Of a stretch of 64,000 nt of DNA, positions 61,945-64,000 are shown piece by piece. The stretch is taken from contig NZ_DASZBG010000012.1 of the NCBI RefSeq assembly GCF_035944335.1, positions 8,612-72,611 of the forward strand. The letters are read 5' to 3'. Numbering within the stretch: the first letter of the stretch is position 1; every line of letters begins with the position of its first letter. The translations under genes and the position numbers were made by a program. The notes under the pieces are model-generated. The model was not told where the DNA came from. It searched no databases and was given only the letters and a program-made list of their open reading frames with translations. Source of the stretch: Phenylobacterium sp. (GTDB lineage Bacteria > Pseudomonadota > Alphaproteobacteria > Caulobacterales > Caulobacteraceae).

Positions 61945-63726
61945 ATGACGCTGCACCAGGCGCTGGCCTTTGGCCTGGTCGTCGCCACGATTGGCTGCTT
62001 CATCTGGGGCCGATTCCGTTATGACCTGATCTCGCTGGCGGCGTTGCTGGCCTCGGTGGCGCTCGGCCTCGTCTCGCCCAAGAAGGCGTTCGACGGCTTT
62101 TCCAACGACGTGGTGGTGATCATCGCCTGTGCGCTGGTGGTCAGCGCCGGCTTCGCGCGCTCGGGCATCATCGAAGCGCTGCTGCGGCCCATCACGCCCA
62201 GGCTGAAGAGCGCGCGGACCCAGGTTCCGGTGTTCGTTTCAGCCGTCGCCCTGCTTTCCATGACCACCAAGAACGTCGGCGCGCTGGCCATCATGATGCC
62301 CATCGCCTTGCAGACGGCTCGCAAGACCGGGACGTCGCCGTCCTCCCTGCTGATGCCGATGAGCTTCGCGTCGCTGCTGGGCGGCCTCGTCACCCTGGTC
62401 GGCACCTCGCCGAACATCATCGTTTCCCAGGTGCGGCAGGAGCTCTTCGGCAAGCCGTTCGGCATGTACGACTTCGCCCCCGTCGGCCTGGCGTTGACCG
62501 GGCTCGGGGTGGTCTTCCTGGCCTTCGGATACCGGCTCTTGTCGAAACCGCGCGCCCCGGCGGTGACCCTCGACGCCGCGCTCGAAGCCAAGCCCTACGT
62601 CACCCAGGTCGAGGTGCCGCAGGACTGGCCGGTGGAGAAGCGCCGCGTCGCCGATCTGCACGCCCAGGCCCAGGGCGACGTCAGCGTGGTCGCCCTGCTG
62701 CGCAGTGGGACGCGGAGGTCCACGCCGCACGGCGCCACGGTGCTGAAGCCCGGCGACAAGCTGTTGCTGGAAGGCGACCAGGGCGCGCTCGAGGCGCTCA
62801 TCGCGCAGGCGAAGTTGACGCTCACCCGCTCCGACAAGCCCGTCGCCATGGAGGAGCCGACCGAGGACGCCCATGTCGCCGAGGTGGTGGTGGAGGCCCA
62901 TTCGCCCCTGGCCGGCAAGACGGCCCAGCGGATGGACCTGTACGGGCGCTACGGCGTCAACCTGCTGGCGGTCAGCCGCAGCGGCTATCGCCTGACCCAG
63001 GTCATCAACCGGACGCGCCTGCGACCGGGCGATATCCTGATGATCCAGGGCGGCGAGCGCACCTTGCCCGCGGCCCTCACCGAGCTCGGCCTCCTGCCGC
63101 TCGCCGAGCGCGAGGTGCGGCTGGGCGGCATCCGCCGGGCGCTCGCGCCGGCCGCCATCCTGGCGGCCGCCATGCTGTCCATCGCCTTCCACCTGGCGCC
63201 GGTGGCCATCGCCTTCTTCGCCGCGGCCGTGGCCATGGTGGCGTTCGGGGGCCTTCGGATGCGCGACGCCTATGCCGCGCTGGACGGACCCGTGCTGGTG
63301 CTGATCGGCGCGCTGATCCCGGTGGGCGAGGCGATCCACGCCACCGGCGGCGCGGACTTGGTGGCCGGCTACCTGTCGCAGGTCCTGGACCTCGCTCCGC
63401 CGATGCTGGCCATGGGCCTGATGATGCTGCTGGCGATGGTCAGCGCGCCCTTCATGCACAATGCGCCGACCGTGCTGGTCTTCGGGCCGATCGCCGCCGG
63501 TCTCGCCGTGCGGCTGCATCTCAATCCCGACGCCTTCCTGATGAGCGTGGCGGTGGGCGCGGCCTGCGACTTCCTCACGCCCATCGGCCACCAATGCAAC
63601 ACCCTGGTCATGGCGCCGGGCGGCTATCGGTTCTCCGACTACCCCCGATTGGGCGCCCCCCTCAGTTTGCTCGTCCTGGTGGTGGGCATCCCGCTCATAG
63701 CTCTGGTTTGGCCGCTGCGGGGCTGA
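61945..63726 (+). CDS. SLC13/DASS-family permease with central TrkA-C (RCK_C) domains
   Basis: The start is at MTLHQALAFGLVV, with SD AGGGAGAG upstream. Two polytopic halves flank two TrkA-C-like repeats (VADLHAQAQGDVSVVALLRSG...; PLAGKTAQRMDLYGRYGVNLLAVSRSG...). Confidence 0.85.
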   Translation: MTLHQALAFGLVVATIGCFIWGRFRYDLISLAALLASVALGLVSPKKAFDGFSNDVVVIIACALVVSAGFARSGIIEALLRPITPRLKSARTQVPVFVSAVALLSMTTKNVGALAIMMPIALQTARKTGTSPSSLLMPMSFASLLGGLVTLVGTSPNIIVSQVRQELFGKPFGMYDFAPVGLALTGLGVVFLAFGYRLLSKPRAPAVTLDAALEAKPYVTQVEVPQDWPVEKRRVADLHAQAQGDVSVVALLRSGTRRSTPHGATVLKPGDKLLLEGDQGALEALIAQAKLTLTRSDKPVAMEEPTEDAHVAEVVVEAHSPLAGKTAQRMDLYGRYGVNLLAVSRSGYRLTQVINRTRLRPGDILMIQGGERTLPAALTELGLLPLAEREVRLGGIRRALAPAAILAAAMLSIAFHLAPVAIAFFAAAVAMVAFGGLRMRDAYAALDGPVLVLIGALIPVGEAIHATGGADLVAGYLSQVLDLAPPMLAMGLMMLLAMVSAPFMHNAPTVLVFGPIAAGLAVRLHLNPDAFLMSVAVGAACDFLTPIGHQCNTLVMAPGGYRFSDYPRLGAPLSLLVLVVGIPLIALVWPLRG

Positions 63727-63807
63727 CACGGGACGGTCACACTCTCGTGAGCGCCGGCGCCTCCGGTTCGGCCAAAGCCTTGATCTGTCGAGGGCTGGCC
63801 GGCGCCG

Positions 63808-63823
63808 TTAAGGCCTCGTTAAC
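63808..63823. promoter_or_regulatory. Full CtrA-box consensus TTAA-N7-TTAAC
   Basis: TTAAggcctcgTTAAC in the last intergenic region of the window, followed by an A8 tract. Confidence 0.4.
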
Positions 63824-64000
63824 AAAAAAAACCTGGGCGCCGAACCGGCGTCCTCATTGACGACTCCTTAGGCTCTGTGTCCCCATATGTGGGTTGTCTG
63901 GCCGTCTGGCCCACAACATCTTGGGGGCGCGGGACCCAAGGCCGGGAGACCGGGGTCCCACACAGAGTATGGGTTTGGGACGATGAGCGAAGCGGCGAAG

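Noticed and set aside
63838-63862. GGTTCGG-containing hairpin as a possible tRNA T-arm, and 63881-63967 as a tRNA-like cloverleaf
   Set aside because: There is no 7-nt TPsiC loop consensus, no acceptor/D/anticodon arm geometry and no CCA context. The hairpin reads better as a minus-strand terminator followed by T8.

Overview
High-GC (roughly 69-70% by eye) chromosomal segment from an alphaproteobacterium. ChpT, a PhyK-SigT-NepR/PhyR locus, HWE/HisKA_2 kinases and an OmpA porin with a poly-Pro linker point to Caulobacteraceae. The window is gene-dense, with about 60 supportable CDSs. I saw no rRNA, tRNA, CRISPR, transposase or integrase. Housekeeping and catabolic content includes an IorAB-like Mo/FeS oxidoreductase plus cytochrome c, gcdH, crotonase, cysQ, CaiB-type and ScoAB CoA-transferases, FAH/maiA, carbonic anhydrase, aguAB, pgi, hisS-hisZ-hisG, an M13 peptidase, PCuAC, putA, a TonB-dependent receptor and an SLC13 permease. 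Five things stand out. (1) The general stress response (GSR) core locus lies in a ~9 kb island with at least nine perfect, correctly oriented EcfG-type promoters (GGAAC-N16/17-CGTT) in front of small envelope and stress genes. (2) A candidate GsrN-like sRNA with a C-rich unpaired tract lies in a gene-free gap of that island. (3) A DUF2282-DUF692(MNIO)-DUF2063 'bufferin-like' RiPP cluster has its usual fourth gene replaced by an exported MsrA. (4) A His-rich leader peptide (HHHDHHH) with mutually exclusive hairpins lies upstream of hisS-hisZ-hisG. (5) A long low-GC intergenic region carries a tenth EcfG promoter upstream of the poly-Pro OmpA gene. All calls come from reading the sequence and ORF translations against remembered family signatures. 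No database search or folding program was run. Many long track ORFs are high-GC antisense artefacts and were discarded.
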